A DNA stretch of 64,000 bases from Candidatus Saccharimonadota bacterium (lineage in GTDB: Bacteria; Patescibacteriota; Saccharimonadia; Saccharimonadales; OFTM59), in NCBI GenBank assembly GCA_029260855.1, contig JAJDCK010000014.1:6018-70017 (forward strand). Direction: 5' to 3'. Positions 48,522 through 58,496 of this stretch are shown here, in pieces. The notes beneath the pieces are model-generated. The model did not search any database. It had not been told where the DNA came from and saw only the letters and a program-made list of their open reading frames with translations. Within the stretch, counting starts at the first letter, position 1. Each line of letters begins with the position of its first letter. The translations under genes were made by a program, and so were the position numbers.

Positions 48522-49454
48522 ATGGCGCAGTCTGAAACAAAGAAGTCGGCAGATTTTATCATGCCGCTACATATGAACGGTTTACGTGGGCGCATGCTCA
48601 AAATGCCAATGCCTAAGAATAAACGGCGAGAGATCCTTTTAATCTATGGGCATCACGCTACTATTGAGCGATTGTATGGCTTGGCGGAATTGCTGAATGA
48701 GTTTGGCGCAGTAACTATGCCCGACTTGCCTGGCTTTGGCGGCATGGATAGTTTCTATAAGATCGGCGAGAAGCCAACTCTAGACGACTTGGCAGATTAT
48801 CTCGCCGCTTTTGTTAAGCTGCGCTATCGAGGGCGACGATTTACGATCGCCGCCTTATCGTTCGGGTTTTTGGTGGCAACTCGCATGCTACAAAAACACC
48901 CAGACATAGCCAAGAAAGTTGACCTGATTGTTAGTTTTGTTGGCTTCACGCACCATGACGAGTTTACATTTACTAGGCCGCGTTATTGGTTTTATAGGCT
49001 GCTGGCTTCAGTATTTTCCAGAAAGCTGCCCTCAATTTTTTTTCATAATATTATCCTACACCCCTTAATAATTCGTGCCTTCTATGGGCGAACACATAAC
49101 GCGAAACATAAATTTGTGAATTTGTCCGACGAAGAAAAAAAACGTGTAACAGACTTTGAGGTTCATTTATGGCGATGCAATGATTTGCGTACGCATATGT
49201 ACACATCCGTAGTCATGTTAACTGTTGATAATTGCCAGGTCAAAGTTGATGTGCCGGTTGCTCACCTGTCGGTCAAAACCGATAACTACTTTAATAACAT
49301 GGTAGTTGAACAGCACATGCAGGTAGTCTTTAGCTCATACAAACCGATACCTGTAAATATAAAGGGCCACAGCATCAGTGTGGTAGCGACTAAGCAGCAG
49401 TCCGAGCCACTTGTTCCTGCTAAGCTTCGTGCCATACTGCGCAAACATCCATGA
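48522..49454 (+). CDS. Alpha/beta hydrolase fold protein
   Basis: LLIYGHH, PDLPGFGG, ALSFG nucleophile elbow, KGHS. Confidence 0.85.
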   Translation: MAQSETKKSADFIMPLHMNGLRGRMLKMPMPKNKRREILLIYGHHATIERLYGLAELLNEFGAVTMPDLPGFGGMDSFYKIGEKPTLDDLADYLAAFVKLRYRGRRFTIAALSFGFLVATRMLQKHPDIAKKVDLIVSFVGFTHHDEFTFTRPRYWFYRLLASVFSRKLPSIFFHNIILHPLIIRAFYGRTHNAKHKFVNLSDEEKKRVTDFEVHLWRCNDLRTHMYTSVVMLTVDNCQVKVDVPVAHLSVKTDNYFNNMVVEQHMQVVFSSYKPIPVNIKGHSISVVATKQQSEPLVPAKLRAILRKHP

Positions 49455-49467
49455 TAAGATAGATAAA

Positions 49468-50583
49468 ATGAAAATCGGCCTAATTTGTCCTTATGACATA
49501 TACAAGGGAGGCGGCGTACAGGAGTGCGTCCGCGCTATGCAGTCCGAGCTATTAGGCCGCGGCCATGATGTGAAGATAATTACTCCACTGCCACGTAAGA
49601 TCGCCAAAAATCAACCGGCTAACACTATTTTCATAGGACGCTCCAGAGATATAAAATCACCCCTGCACACCACATCGCAAGTGTCTGTTAGCCTGAATAA
49701 CGACATGGTTGAGGAGGTGCTGGCGCGTGAAAAATTCGATGTATTGCATTTTCATGAGCCATGGGTGCCTGTTGTTAGCCGACAAATTTTAGCTCGCTCA
49801 ACTTCCAAAAATGTAGCTACGTTTCATGCTAAACTGCCCGAAACAGTGGTAAGCCGAACGATTGAGAAAGTCATTACACCCTATACTAAATCGGTCATAA
49901 AATATCTGGACGCTTTGACCGCAGTTTCTGAAGCGGCTGCGACCTATGTAAGCACCTTGACAGATCGGCCCATCAATATTATTCCAAATGGTATAGATCT
50001 GGGCTATTATTCGGCACAGTCAGTCACGCACCTAAGCACTAAGCCAAAGCACATTGTTTTTATAGGCCGTCTTGAGAAGCGCAAGGGTGTTAAGTATCTT
50101 TTGCAAGCATTTGCCTTGCTAGCCGAAACTCACCCTAGCGTAAAACTGACAATTGGTGGAGACGGGCCTGATCGCGCCAAGCTTGAGTTGTTAGCTAAAA
50201 ACCTGCACCTAAAAAACGTAAAGTTTGTAGGTTATATAACAGAGAAGCAAAAAAAACTTTTACATGCACAGGCTGACATACTTTGTTCACCTGCCCTTTA
50301 CGGTGAAAGTTTTGGGATTGTGCTTTTAGAGGCATTAGCGAGTGGTATCCCTATAGTTGCAGGCGATAACCCGGGATATGCTAGCGTGATGAAAGGTCTG
50401 GGTCAATTATCTATACTTGATCCAACGAACACTAATGAGTTCGCGCGTCGTTTGGAATTGTTTTTGATGAATGATAAATTACGCGAGCTGTGGCAGGACT
50501 GGGCTCTTGACTACGTCAAGCAGTTTGCGTACCCCAAAGTAGTCGATGCCTATGAAAAGCTATATCAAGGCCTTGTTAAATAG
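49468..50583 (+). CDS. Glycosyltransferase family 4, PimA-like
   Basis: MKIGLICPY, GGVQ, HFHEP, IGRLEKRKG, GESFGIVLLEALA. Confidence 0.92.
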   Translation: MKIGLICPYDIYKGGGVQECVRAMQSELLGRGHDVKIITPLPRKIAKNQPANTIFIGRSRDIKSPLHTTSQVSVSLNNDMVEEVLAREKFDVLHFHEPWVPVVSRQILARSTSKNVATFHAKLPETVVSRTIEKVITPYTKSVIKYLDALTAVSEAAATYVSTLTDRPINIIPNGIDLGYYSAQSVTHLSTKPKHIVFIGRLEKRKGVKYLLQAFALLAETHPSVKLTIGGDGPDRAKLELLAKNLHLKNVKFVGYITEKQKKLLHAQADILCSPALYGESFGIVLLEALASGIPIVAGDNPGYASVMKGLGQLSILDPTNTNEFARRLELFLMNDKLRELWQDWALDYVKQFAYPKVVDAYEKLYQGLVK

Positions 50584-50585
50584 CT

Positions 50586-51722
50586 ATGAAAATTGGTTTT
50601 GTACTTGACGACAGCCTTGATAAAACAGATGGCGTTCAGCAGTATGTTTTAACTATTGGGCGTTGGTTAAGCGAGCAGGGACACGACGTACACTATTTGG
50701 TCGGCGAGTCTAGGCGCACCGACCTGCCTAACCTGCACAGCCTAGCTCGCAATATTAATGTAAGGTTTAACAATAACCGCATGTCAACCCCCCTACCTGT
50801 TAGTAAAAAAAAGATTAGGGCGCTTCTGATACGCGAGAATTTTGATGTACTTCACGTACAAATGCCATACAGTCCATTTCTGGCAGCCAAAATAATTAAT
50901 GCAGCACCTGACTCCTGTGCAATTACGGGTACATTCCATATTATGGCTGCGAATAAATTATCAGAACTTGCAAATAGAGCTGTTCGGCTTTTTGTGTCCA
51001 GAAGTCTACGACGCTTTGACCGTGTATTTAGTGTGTCTGAGCCAACAGCGCGGTTTGCTAAACGTATCTACGGGATCGAATCGGATGTATTGCCATGCGC
51101 GGTAAATCTTGAAAATTTTTACGACGCGCGACCTCTTAAAAAATACCAAGACGACTATACTAACATCGTATTCCTGGGAAGGCTTGTAGAACGCAAGGGT
51201 TGTCATTATTTATTGTCGGCTATCAAAAGACTCCAACAAATTGAGTCTGCCCCCATAAGATTAATCATTTGCGGTCCTGGGCCACAGGAAAAGTCGCTAA
51301 GAGAATTTGTGAACAGAAACAATCTAAGTAAAATTGTGCATTTTATTGGCCAGGTTGATGAAGAAAAAGCTGAGTATTTGGCTTCGGCACATATTGCAGT
51401 TTTCCCGAGTACGGAGGGGGAAACATTCGGTATCGTGTTAGCGGAGGCTATGGCGTCTGGTAGTGAGGTTGTTATTGGTGGCGACAACCCTGGCTACCGG
51501 GCTGTGCTACAGGACAACAAAGAACACCTGATTAATCCTAAAGACACCGAGGCCTTCGCGGCGTTACTCCAGTACTACATTCGTAACCCATCAGCCCGGA
51601 TAAGTGCAAAGAAGTGGCAACAATCACTTGTTAAGCAATTTGATGTGAATGTGGTCGGAAATCGGTTTATTGCTTACTGCGGTAAAGTGGTTGCAATAAG
51701 ACAATCACGGGAGGATAATTAG
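50586..51722 (+). CDS. Glycosyltransferase family 4, PimA-like, second copy
   Basis: DGVQQY, LGRLVERKG, GETFGIVLAEAMA. Confidence 0.92.
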   Translation: MKIGFVLDDSLDKTDGVQQYVLTIGRWLSEQGHDVHYLVGESRRTDLPNLHSLARNINVRFNNNRMSTPLPVSKKKIRALLIRENFDVLHVQMPYSPFLAAKIINAAPDSCAITGTFHIMAANKLSELANRAVRLFVSRSLRRFDRVFSVSEPTARFAKRIYGIESDVLPCAVNLENFYDARPLKKYQDDYTNIVFLGRLVERKGCHYLLSAIKRLQQIESAPIRLIICGPGPQEKSLREFVNRNNLSKIVHFIGQVDEEKAEYLASAHIAVFPSTEGETFGIVLAEAMASGSEVVIGGDNPGYRAVLQDNKEHLINPKDTEAFAALLQYYIRNPSARISAKKWQQSLVKQFDVNVVGNRFIAYCGKVVAIRQSREDN

Positions 51723-51725
51723 CGT

Positions 51726-52826
51726 ATGAAAATTTTTGGTGGTGCTGAAAAAACAATAAGCATCACATCGGAAACAATCGCAAAGACCATTGCCCTGACT
51801 GTTGCTACTGTGTTTTTGCTCAATTTTTTTGGCGCAGTAGACCATCAGCTAAAGCTTATATTCATATCTGCGTTTTTGGCTATGGCGTTGAACCCAGCTG
51901 TTACGTGGATAACGGTCCGCCTGAAAAGTAAAAGTCGTGTTAGGGCAACCGGCTTTGCCTATATTGTCGTGCTTTCTGTATTGATCGGATTTTTAATGCT
52001 TGTCGTGCCCCCCCTGATAACTCAAACCAGTGACTTCGTACGAGACATACCACGGACTTTAGACAACTTTAAGAACCAGGACTCGGCTGTGTCCAATCTA
52101 GCTAGACGCTACAATATTGACGAGCAACTCGATAAAATCGGGGCCGACTTAAGCAATAGAACCGGTGAGCTTGCCAACCCTGTCTTGAGCACGGCTGGGC
52201 GGGCGGTCGCCACGCTGGTTTCAATTATTACGATTCTGGTGCTAACGTTTATGATGCTTATTGAAGGCCCGCTTTGGTTTGAACGTTTTTTAGCATTTCA
52301 ACCAGGCAGTAAGCGTGAGCAGCGCAAAAGGACAGCTCAGCGCATGTATAAGGTGGTAACTGGCTATGTAAACGGCCAGGTGCTAATTGCTGCAATTGCG
52401 GCGGCGTTTGCTCTCGTGACCCTGCTAATTGGCAATACCATTTTTGATGCATCTGTTAATGCGGTGGCCCTTGCTGGCATAACATTTATTTTTGGCCTCA
52501 TACCGCTTATAGGTAATATTATCGGATCAGCGGTTGTTGTTTTGATGTGTCTTTTCGCGTCCTCCGGCCTTGCCATCATGATGGCAATCTACTACTTAGT
52601 CTATCAACAGATTGAGAACGTAACTCTGCAACCGTATATCCAATCACGCAGCAACCAATTGACTCCATTAACCGTCTTTGCCGCTGCTTTACTGGGTGCC
52701 GGCTTTGGTGGATTACTTGGTGCATTGGCGGCAATACCTGTGGCAGGCTGCCTAAGAATATTGTTAGAAGAATTACTGGGCAAAAAGATGCTGTCTCGCG
52801 AAACTATTGAAAAGCCTAAAGTCTAG
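51726..52826 (+). CDS. AI-2E (PerM) family transporter
   Basis: ALNPAV, GYVNGQV, LIPLIG, YQQIENVTLQP, GALAAIPVA. Confidence 0.92.
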   Translation: MKIFGGAEKTISITSETIAKTIALTVATVFLLNFFGAVDHQLKLIFISAFLAMALNPAVTWITVRLKSKSRVRATGFAYIVVLSVLIGFLMLVVPPLITQTSDFVRDIPRTLDNFKNQDSAVSNLARRYNIDEQLDKIGADLSNRTGELANPVLSTAGRAVATLVSIITILVLTFMMLIEGPLWFERFLAFQPGSKREQRKRTAQRMYKVVTGYVNGQVLIAAIAAAFALVTLLIGNTIFDASVNAVALAGITFIFGLIPLIGNIIGSAVVVLMCLFASSGLAIMMAIYYLVYQQIENVTLQPYIQSRSNQLTPLTVFAAALLGAGFGGLLGALAAIPVAGCLRILLEELLGKKMLSRETIEKPKV

Positions 52827-54183
52827 ACCAAATCGGCCCGTGCGCTGTATCGTGTACCGCTAGGCCCTGCCCCTCTAACTCTTCACGCAACATATCTGAT
52901 TTCACCCAGTCATTTTTGGCTCTGGCGCTTTCACGTTCCTGGACGAGAACTTTTTGCGCTGCTGTTATGTCTGAACGCTCAGATAGTTTTAGTCCTAAAA
53001 CACTATCCAACCATATCAAGAATCGCCCAAAGGCCTCTTGACTTGATGTGCTAATACCGTCCCTGCTAATCTTGCCTTCAAGTTTGCTTAGTGTAGCAAG
53101 TGCTTGGGCGACATTAAGGTCTTCAGCGAGTGCAGCATGAATACTGGCCTTAGATTGCGCGATAAGGCTAGACTGATTAGTGTTGGCCGTGCTGCTCTGC
53201 CATTTGTGATCTGCCATAAATCGTAATGAGTTTAGACGATTTGCGGCAGCGTCTAGATTGGCCCAGCTGAAATTGATTGGCGACCTGTAATGTGTCTGTA
53301 GCATCAGTAAACGTAAAGCCATTGGGTCGTAGCTTTTTGCTAGTACATCACGAATGGTAACAAAATTGCCCATGCTTTTGCCCATACGTGTTCCGTCTAC
53401 TGTAAGAAAGCCGCCATGCACCCAATACTTTACAAAAGGTACCTTGCCAGAAGCAGACTCCATCTGAGTAATTTCGGCCTCATGGTGAGGAAATATTAGG
53501 TCCACTGCCGCACCGTGGATGTCATACTGTGGCCCAAAATGGTGTTCTGTGATGGCGGTATCTTCAATATGCCAGCCTGGCCTACCTCGCCCAAAAGGCG
53601 CGTCCCACTCTGGCTCACCAGGCTTTGAAAACTTCCAAAGACAGAAGTCGTTCCAGCCTTTCTTCTCGTCACTATGGTCAATGCGCGTTTGAGCGTCGTC
53701 CTTTTGCACGTTAGTTCTACCTGACAGTTTCCCGTAACCAGGGAATGAAGAAACTTCATAGTAAATGCCGTCGTTAATCCTATAAGCATGATCCTTATCC
53801 ATAAGTACCTGAACTTGGCGAATAATATCGTCTATGTAGTCCGTGGCTCTTGCGTACTCTGTGACAGACGTATTATTTAAGGCCTCCATATCCCTCTTGT
53901 ACGCGACTTCGTAGCAATTACGTAGCTCCTCCCACCCAACGTTTTTTTCTTGTGCGCGGGCGATAATTTTGTCGTCGATGTCCGTAATATTTTGTAGGTA
54001 AAACACCTCATATGCATGATCACGCAAAACCCTGGCGAGTAGATCCATTTGAGTGTAAGTCTTAGCGTTGCCTAGCTGGGCAAAATCATAGACAGTAGGG
54101 CCACAAACGAACAAATTAACTTTGTCTGACTGCCTCGGCTTAAAATTCTCAACCCTGCGCGCGAGTGTGTTGTATAGTTTCAT
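52816..54183 (-). CDS. cysS: Cysteine--tRNA ligase
   Basis: CGPTVYD, QLGN (HIGH variant), GRPGWHIED, DLIFPHHE, RMGKS (KMSKS variant). Confidence 0.96.
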   Translation of the reverse strand: MKLYNTLARRVENFKPRQSDKVNLFVCGPTVYDFAQLGNAKTYTQMDLLARVLRDHAYEVFYLQNITDIDDKIIARAQEKNVGWEELRNCYEVAYKRDMEALNNTSVTEYARATDYIDDIIRQVQVLMDKDHAYRINDGIYYEVSSFPGYGKLSGRTNVQKDDAQTRIDHSDEKKGWNDFCLWKFSKPGEPEWDAPFGRGRPGWHIEDTAITEHHFGPQYDIHGAAVDLIFPHHEAEITQMESASGKVPFVKYWVHGGFLTVDGTRMGKSMGNFVTIRDVLAKSYDPMALRLLMLQTHYRSPINFSWANLDAAANRLNSLRFMADHKWQSSTANTNQSSLIAQSKASIHAALAEDLNVAQALATLSKLEGKISRDGISTSSQEAFGRFLIWLDSVLGLKLSERSDITAAQKVLVQERESARAKNDWVKSDMLREELEGQGLAVHDTAHGPIWSRL

Positions 54184-55183
54184 CAGACTTACCTCCATCA
54201 ATCTTATCAAGTAAATCACTAGCAAGCTTGGTACACTCTGATTTTATCTCACTAAATAACCGACCATCAGTTATTTTAAACCCGGCTGCGTACGGATGCC
54301 CGCCGCCGCCGAAGTGTGCAGCAAGCTCGCCTGCTATCGGTGAACCATAGTTAGCGCGCAGCTTAGCGGTTATCTTGCCGTCAGGATACTGCTTAAACCC
54401 GATAGCAATGCGGGCATTCTCAGCCAGTAGCATATCTTCTATGACAAGCATGGTGGGGTTATATGCGTGGCTGTATTTCTCAATTTCTTGCCAGGGTATC
54501 GTAACGGTGGCCACCCTATTGTCCGCCAGATATTCTACGCGCTGCAGCAAGACGCCCTTGTATGTAACAAGCTCAGCAGGCCGACGCATACTTGCTCTTC
54601 TTGCGGCTTCCAGTTCAGGTATAGAAACCCCCTTTTCAACCAGCTCAGCGATTACATGAATGCTGCGTGCGGACGTCTTATCAGTCGTTAGGCCGCGACT
54701 GTCCGCCATAATGGATGTTGCAAGCATTGTCATGGCGGAATGGCTAAGTGGCCAATGAAGTTGTTTGGCAATTTCATAAATCAACTCGCCAGTAGCAACC
54801 GCCGATTCATTAATTGAATTAGTTGCAAATGATATACTTTGATCGCCTTCATGGTGATCAATGACTATGGCCGGTTTACTTTTTAGCCACATCATCTGCG
54901 CGGTCTCGGCTAGTTTGCCCAAAAGTGTCTCTGAACTGGTGTCTACAATTATTGATAGGTCAAACTGCTGCGGCAGCTCGTCGGAAACGCGGTCCCACCC
55001 AGCTAGGTATCGCAAGTAAGTCGGTATATTCACGCCACAGTACAGCCACGGCTCCTTCCCTAGATCACCAAGGATTTGCTCCAAAGCCAACGCGCTAGCC
55101 AAGCTGTCGCCATCGGGATTATCGGCTTGGATAATAACTATTTTCTGGGAACTTTCAATGAGCCCATTCACTTCGTTAATCAT
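54149..55183 (-). CDS. nrnA: DHH/DHHA1 phosphoesterase (NanoRNase/pAp phosphatase-like)
   Basis: NPDGDS, IVDTS, VIDHH, FGGGGHPYAAG. Confidence 0.88.
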   Translation of the reverse strand: MINEVNGLIESSQKIVIIQADNPDGDSLASALALEQILGDLGKEPWLYCGVNIPTYLRYLAGWDRVSDELPQQFDLSIIVDTSSETLLGKLAETAQMMWLKSKPAIVIDHHEGDQSISFATNSINESAVATGELIYEIAKQLHWPLSHSAMTMLATSIMADSRGLTTDKTSARSIHVIAELVEKGVSIPELEAARRASMRRPAELVTYKGVLLQRVEYLADNRVATVTIPWQEIEKYSHAYNPTMLVIEDMLLAENARIAIGFKQYPDGKITAKLRANYGSPIAGELAAHFGGGGHPYAAGFKITDGRLFSEIKSECTKLASDLLDKIDGGKSDETIQHTRAQG

Positions 55184-55247
55184 TCCTACTATTGTACTAC
55201 AATTATAATTATTGCCAGCAATTGACAAACATGACATAATATAAACA

Positions 55248-56216
55248 ATGGCTGAAGTTAATTGTGAAATACTTAAGCTACTTGAGACCTGTAATATACA
55301 GCCGATGGCAGAAATGCCGCACCACATTTATGAGCCACATACTGAACGGGCCACGGAATCATATAAAGCTTTGAATTTAACTGTGGTTGATAATCTGCAC
55401 GAAATTGCAGAACAAGCACCTGACGGCGAAGATAATAGGTCTGCGCGCAATTTCTATGAGACCGCCGTACTGCTCGCCAATCGTGGTCTATTAAGATATG
55501 TTCTAGATGGCCCAATCGGCAACACATACAAAATCAAGCAACTAGACGTGCAGCGTACACATGAAGAACTTGACCAATTGCCGGCGCTTGACCGTGACGA
55601 TCTCTTGCAGTGGTGTTGCTGGACACTCATTCAGAAATCGTTGAGTTGGGAGTCAGGAAAGGGGTCTAGCTTTTTTAACTACGAAAGGCGCTGGTTGGAG
55701 CAAACCGCCAGACGAACTATTGACAACGAGGGCCGTACAATAAAGTTGCCGGTTCAAGTTTTAGAGATGGTGCGCGAATATGAACGATCAGGCGCCTACC
55801 ACGAACGGCTGTATTATCTAGACAGGCTTATGATTAAAGATGGGACTAGCTATTTTCCGGAAACGGTACCTCTGAATCTACGAGCGGATATTACTGAATC
55901 GGAAAGCGATGACAGTCCTATAGATGAGGGACACTTGCCTCTCGTCCCTGATATCCCGCATAGCTCACATCCAATTACCGCTGATCAGTTTGAACAGGTT
56001 GAATCTACAGCCATGGTAGCTCAATTACTTAAAGACGTTGGTGCGCGAGCAAGACAAGTTATGGAGTTGCGCTACGGACTTACCGGGCGTAAACCGATGG
56101 CTTACGATGCCATTGCACAAGAACTAGGCATCCACACACAGACAGTAGTCAGGATAGAAAACCGTACCCTACAAGCGCTGCGCGCACGTTATGCATGCTC
56201 CAGCGTGTCACTATAG
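55248..56216 (+). CDS. Highly diverged sigma-70-family factor (regions 2 and 4)
   Basis: ANRGLL, DDLLQ...GSSFFNYERRWLEQTARRTIDNEGRTIKLPV, RARQVMELRYGL...IAQELGI..TVVRIENRTLQALR. Confidence 0.78.
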   Translation: MAEVNCEILKLLETCNIQPMAEMPHHIYEPHTERATESYKALNLTVVDNLHEIAEQAPDGEDNRSARNFYETAVLLANRGLLRYVLDGPIGNTYKIKQLDVQRTHEELDQLPALDRDDLLQWCCWTLIQKSLSWESGKGSSFFNYERRWLEQTARRTIDNEGRTIKLPVQVLEMVREYERSGAYHERLYYLDRLMIKDGTSYFPETVPLNLRADITESESDDSPIDEGHLPLVPDIPHSSHPITADQFEQVESTAMVAQLLKDVGARARQVMELRYGLTGRKPMAYDAIAQELGIHTQTVVRIENRTLQALRARYACSSVSL

Positions 56217-56257
56217 GACTTCAATTTCAACGGATCAAAAACGCAGAGCAGCTTAAA

Positions 56258-56863
56258 CTAAAGTACGGTGCGACCTTCTAGGGCGCGTCCAAGCGTTATC
56301 TGGTCGGCATACTCCAGGTCCACGCCGACGGGCAGGCCCCTGGCTAAGCGTGTGACTTTGACCTTACGTTTGCCTATCTGCTGCTGGATATATAGTGCCG
56401 TGGATTCGCCCTCTACACTGGCGTTTGTTGCAAGAATGACCTCCTGCACTTTATCCTCGTCAATACGGTGTATAAGCTGTTTGATGTGGAGTTGTTCGGG
56501 CGTGATTCCGTCTATTGGAGAGACCAACCCGCCTAGTACGTGATACGTTCCTTTGTATTGGCTGGTTTTTTCAATTGCCACAATATCGAATGGTTCAGCT
56601 ACAACTGCAATCAAAGTCTTGTCACGGCCTGGGTCTGTGTAAAGATCGGATATTTCCTTGCCCTTTTCAACCAAAGCAAATGTTTTTTGGCAATACCCCA
56701 CGCCGTCACGCATCTTTTCAATAGAACTGTATAGTTCATGCGATACGGCCGGCTCTGCTTTTAATAAAAAATACGCGTATCTTTCGGCGGTACGTGGCCC
56801 AACGCCGGGCAAATTTCCAAACGCCTCAATTAAGGAGATTAAAGCTGGAGGTAACAATTGCAT
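56258..56863 (-). CDS. recR: Recombination mediator RecR
   Basis: LPGVGPRTAER, YHVLGG, EGESTA, RLARGLPVG. Zn-finger cysteines largely lost. Confidence 0.97.
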   Translation of the reverse strand: MQLLPPALISLIEAFGNLPGVGPRTAERYAYFLLKAEPAVSHELYSSIEKMRDGVGYCQKTFALVEKGKEISDLYTDPGRDKTLIAVVAEPFDIVAIEKTSQYKGTYHVLGGLVSPIDGITPEQLHIKQLIHRIDEDKVQEVILATNASVEGESTALYIQQQIGKRKVKVTRLARGLPVGVDLEYADQITLGRALEGRTVL

Positions 56864-56878
56864 ATCTGTGTAAAATTC

Positions 56879-57172
56879 TTATAGACCTAGGCTGCCGAGC
56901 ATGCCCATCATTGGCTGCATTTTTTCAGCTGCTACCTTTTGGCTCTCCTGGATAGCTTCCTTGACCGCGTCCTCAACCCAGCGCTCAAGTTGCCCAATGT
57001 CGTTAAGATCTACAGATGTAGGGTCAATATGGATCTTTTTGATCTTTTGTTCGCCAGTAATTTCTACTTTGACTGCGCCATCACCTTTTTCAATAGTAAT
57101 AACCATTTTTTGCAGCTCTTTCTGCAGCTTCTTTACTTTTAGTAGCATTTTAGCCTGATCAAACTTATTCAT
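56879..57172 (-). CDS. ybaB: YbaB/EbfC nucleoid-associated protein
   Basis: KKLQKEL, GDGAVKVEITG. Adjacent to recR. Confidence 0.92.
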   Translation of the reverse strand: MNKFDQAKMLLKVKKLQKELQKMVITIEKGDGAVKVEITGEQKIKKIHIDPTSVDLNDIGQLERWVEDAVKEAIQESQKVAAEKMQPMMGMLGSLGL

Positions 57173-57212
57173 TAGTAAACTCCTTAACTTCTTAACTAAT
57201 TATAACAGATCA

Positions 57213-58400
57213 TCAGGGCTGGTGGCTAAACGACGCCTTAGTATCCGGAACATTAGGCCAAGCTACAAAATAGTGGCTTAGGTGATATCCGGCTGATAGC
57301 AAGACCGTGGAAGATATTAGCACTACCCCTAGCGCTCGTGCTACCGGGTTTCGCGGAAAAACCGTAAACCATTGCTGCAGTAATAATGCGATGCCACCAG
57401 AAGCCAGAATATACACAATCGGCAAAAGAAGCGTGATGGCAACCGGCCCATCAAGCGCCACTAACAGTATGGATATTGCTCCGGCCCCAAACAACAGCCT
57501 GGTCCGATCTAGCCCTAGCTTAAAATAGAATACGAAAATACCAAGTAGTACCATGCAGGAAGTAAACACATCAAGCAGCGGTAGGTGTCCAATACTATAG
57601 ACCGGATCTGCAGCGCCTCTTATGAACAATTCCCTGGGAATGGATACTAAGTTTGACAAGTACGCTAACGGCCTTGGCCATGTTTCCGGAAAGCCCAGCC
57701 AAGAGTTTATCAACCCAGTGTCAAGTGCAAAAGCCCAGACAAGCGGAGCAAGAGCAAGTACAGAAACCAGCACCGTGCCTACCTGTTGCGCCGCACTAAG
57801 CCGCTTAAAAACACGCTTTACTAGTCGCCTTCGCCAAATAAATATCAAAAACACAAACCAAATCATCCCAGGCGTATAAAGCATTAGTATGCCCGAAATC
57901 AGTGTTAAGACAGGGGCAAACATCATAAACTTATCTCTGTGCATCCAAACACTACCGACCAGCAACAGTAGTGGCATAAGAAAGTTAATCTCCGGTGTCG
58001 CTAATCTTGAAAAATGCAGCTGCCAACTTGATGTTGCGAATAAGAATGCGCCGAGCACAGCAACACGAGTTGTGTACCAGTTTTTGAGTACTATGTACAT
58101 ACAGACAATTGCGGTAAGGCCCATGAGCACACTTGGAGCTCTCATGGCCGCGGGGCCTTTGTGATCAAGTTTTTGCAGTATGAACTGCCCAACTTTTTGA
58201 TGTAAATGAAGGGGGTTGCTGACTATAGATGTCGTCGTAGCCGTATGTGCTCTTTGTTGAAGTTCGGCTTCCGTGAAGCCTGGTGTTATTGTGCCCAAAC
58301 GAAAAGTTAGTAGTAGTACCAGCGTCGCCAAACAGCATATTGACACGAGCATTGGTCGCCAAAAATCTTCAACTGGCAGTAAGTTAAAACTTTTTTTCAT
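57213..58400 (-). CDS. GT-C fold (ArnT/PMT-like) polytopic glycosyltransferase-like protein
   Basis: Many TMs, PGFTEAE, MRAPS, HFSRLATPE. Confidence 0.75.
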   Translation of the reverse strand: MKKSFNLLPVEDFWRPMLVSICCLATLVLLLTFRLGTITPGFTEAELQQRAHTATTTSIVSNPLHLHQKVGQFILQKLDHKGPAAMRAPSVLMGLTAIVCMYIVLKNWYTTRVAVLGAFLFATSSWQLHFSRLATPEINFLMPLLLLVGSVWMHRDKFMMFAPVLTLISGILMLYTPGMIWFVFLIFIWRRRLVKRVFKRLSAAQQVGTVLVSVLALAPLVWAFALDTGLINSWLGFPETWPRPLAYLSNLVSIPRELFIRGAADPVYSIGHLPLLDVFTSCMVLLGIFVFYFKLGLDRTRLLFGAGAISILLVALDGPVAITLLLPIVYILASGGIALLLQQWFTVFPRNPVARALGVVLISSTVLLSAGYHLSHYFVAWPNVPDTKASFSHQP

Positions 58401-58496
58401 AAGAATTAACTATAAGTATACCTCAATCTAAGGCAGTATGGCTTGTTCGGTGTTGTGACTGGACAAAGACCCAACGATAAGGTCTGGCACGACAAG

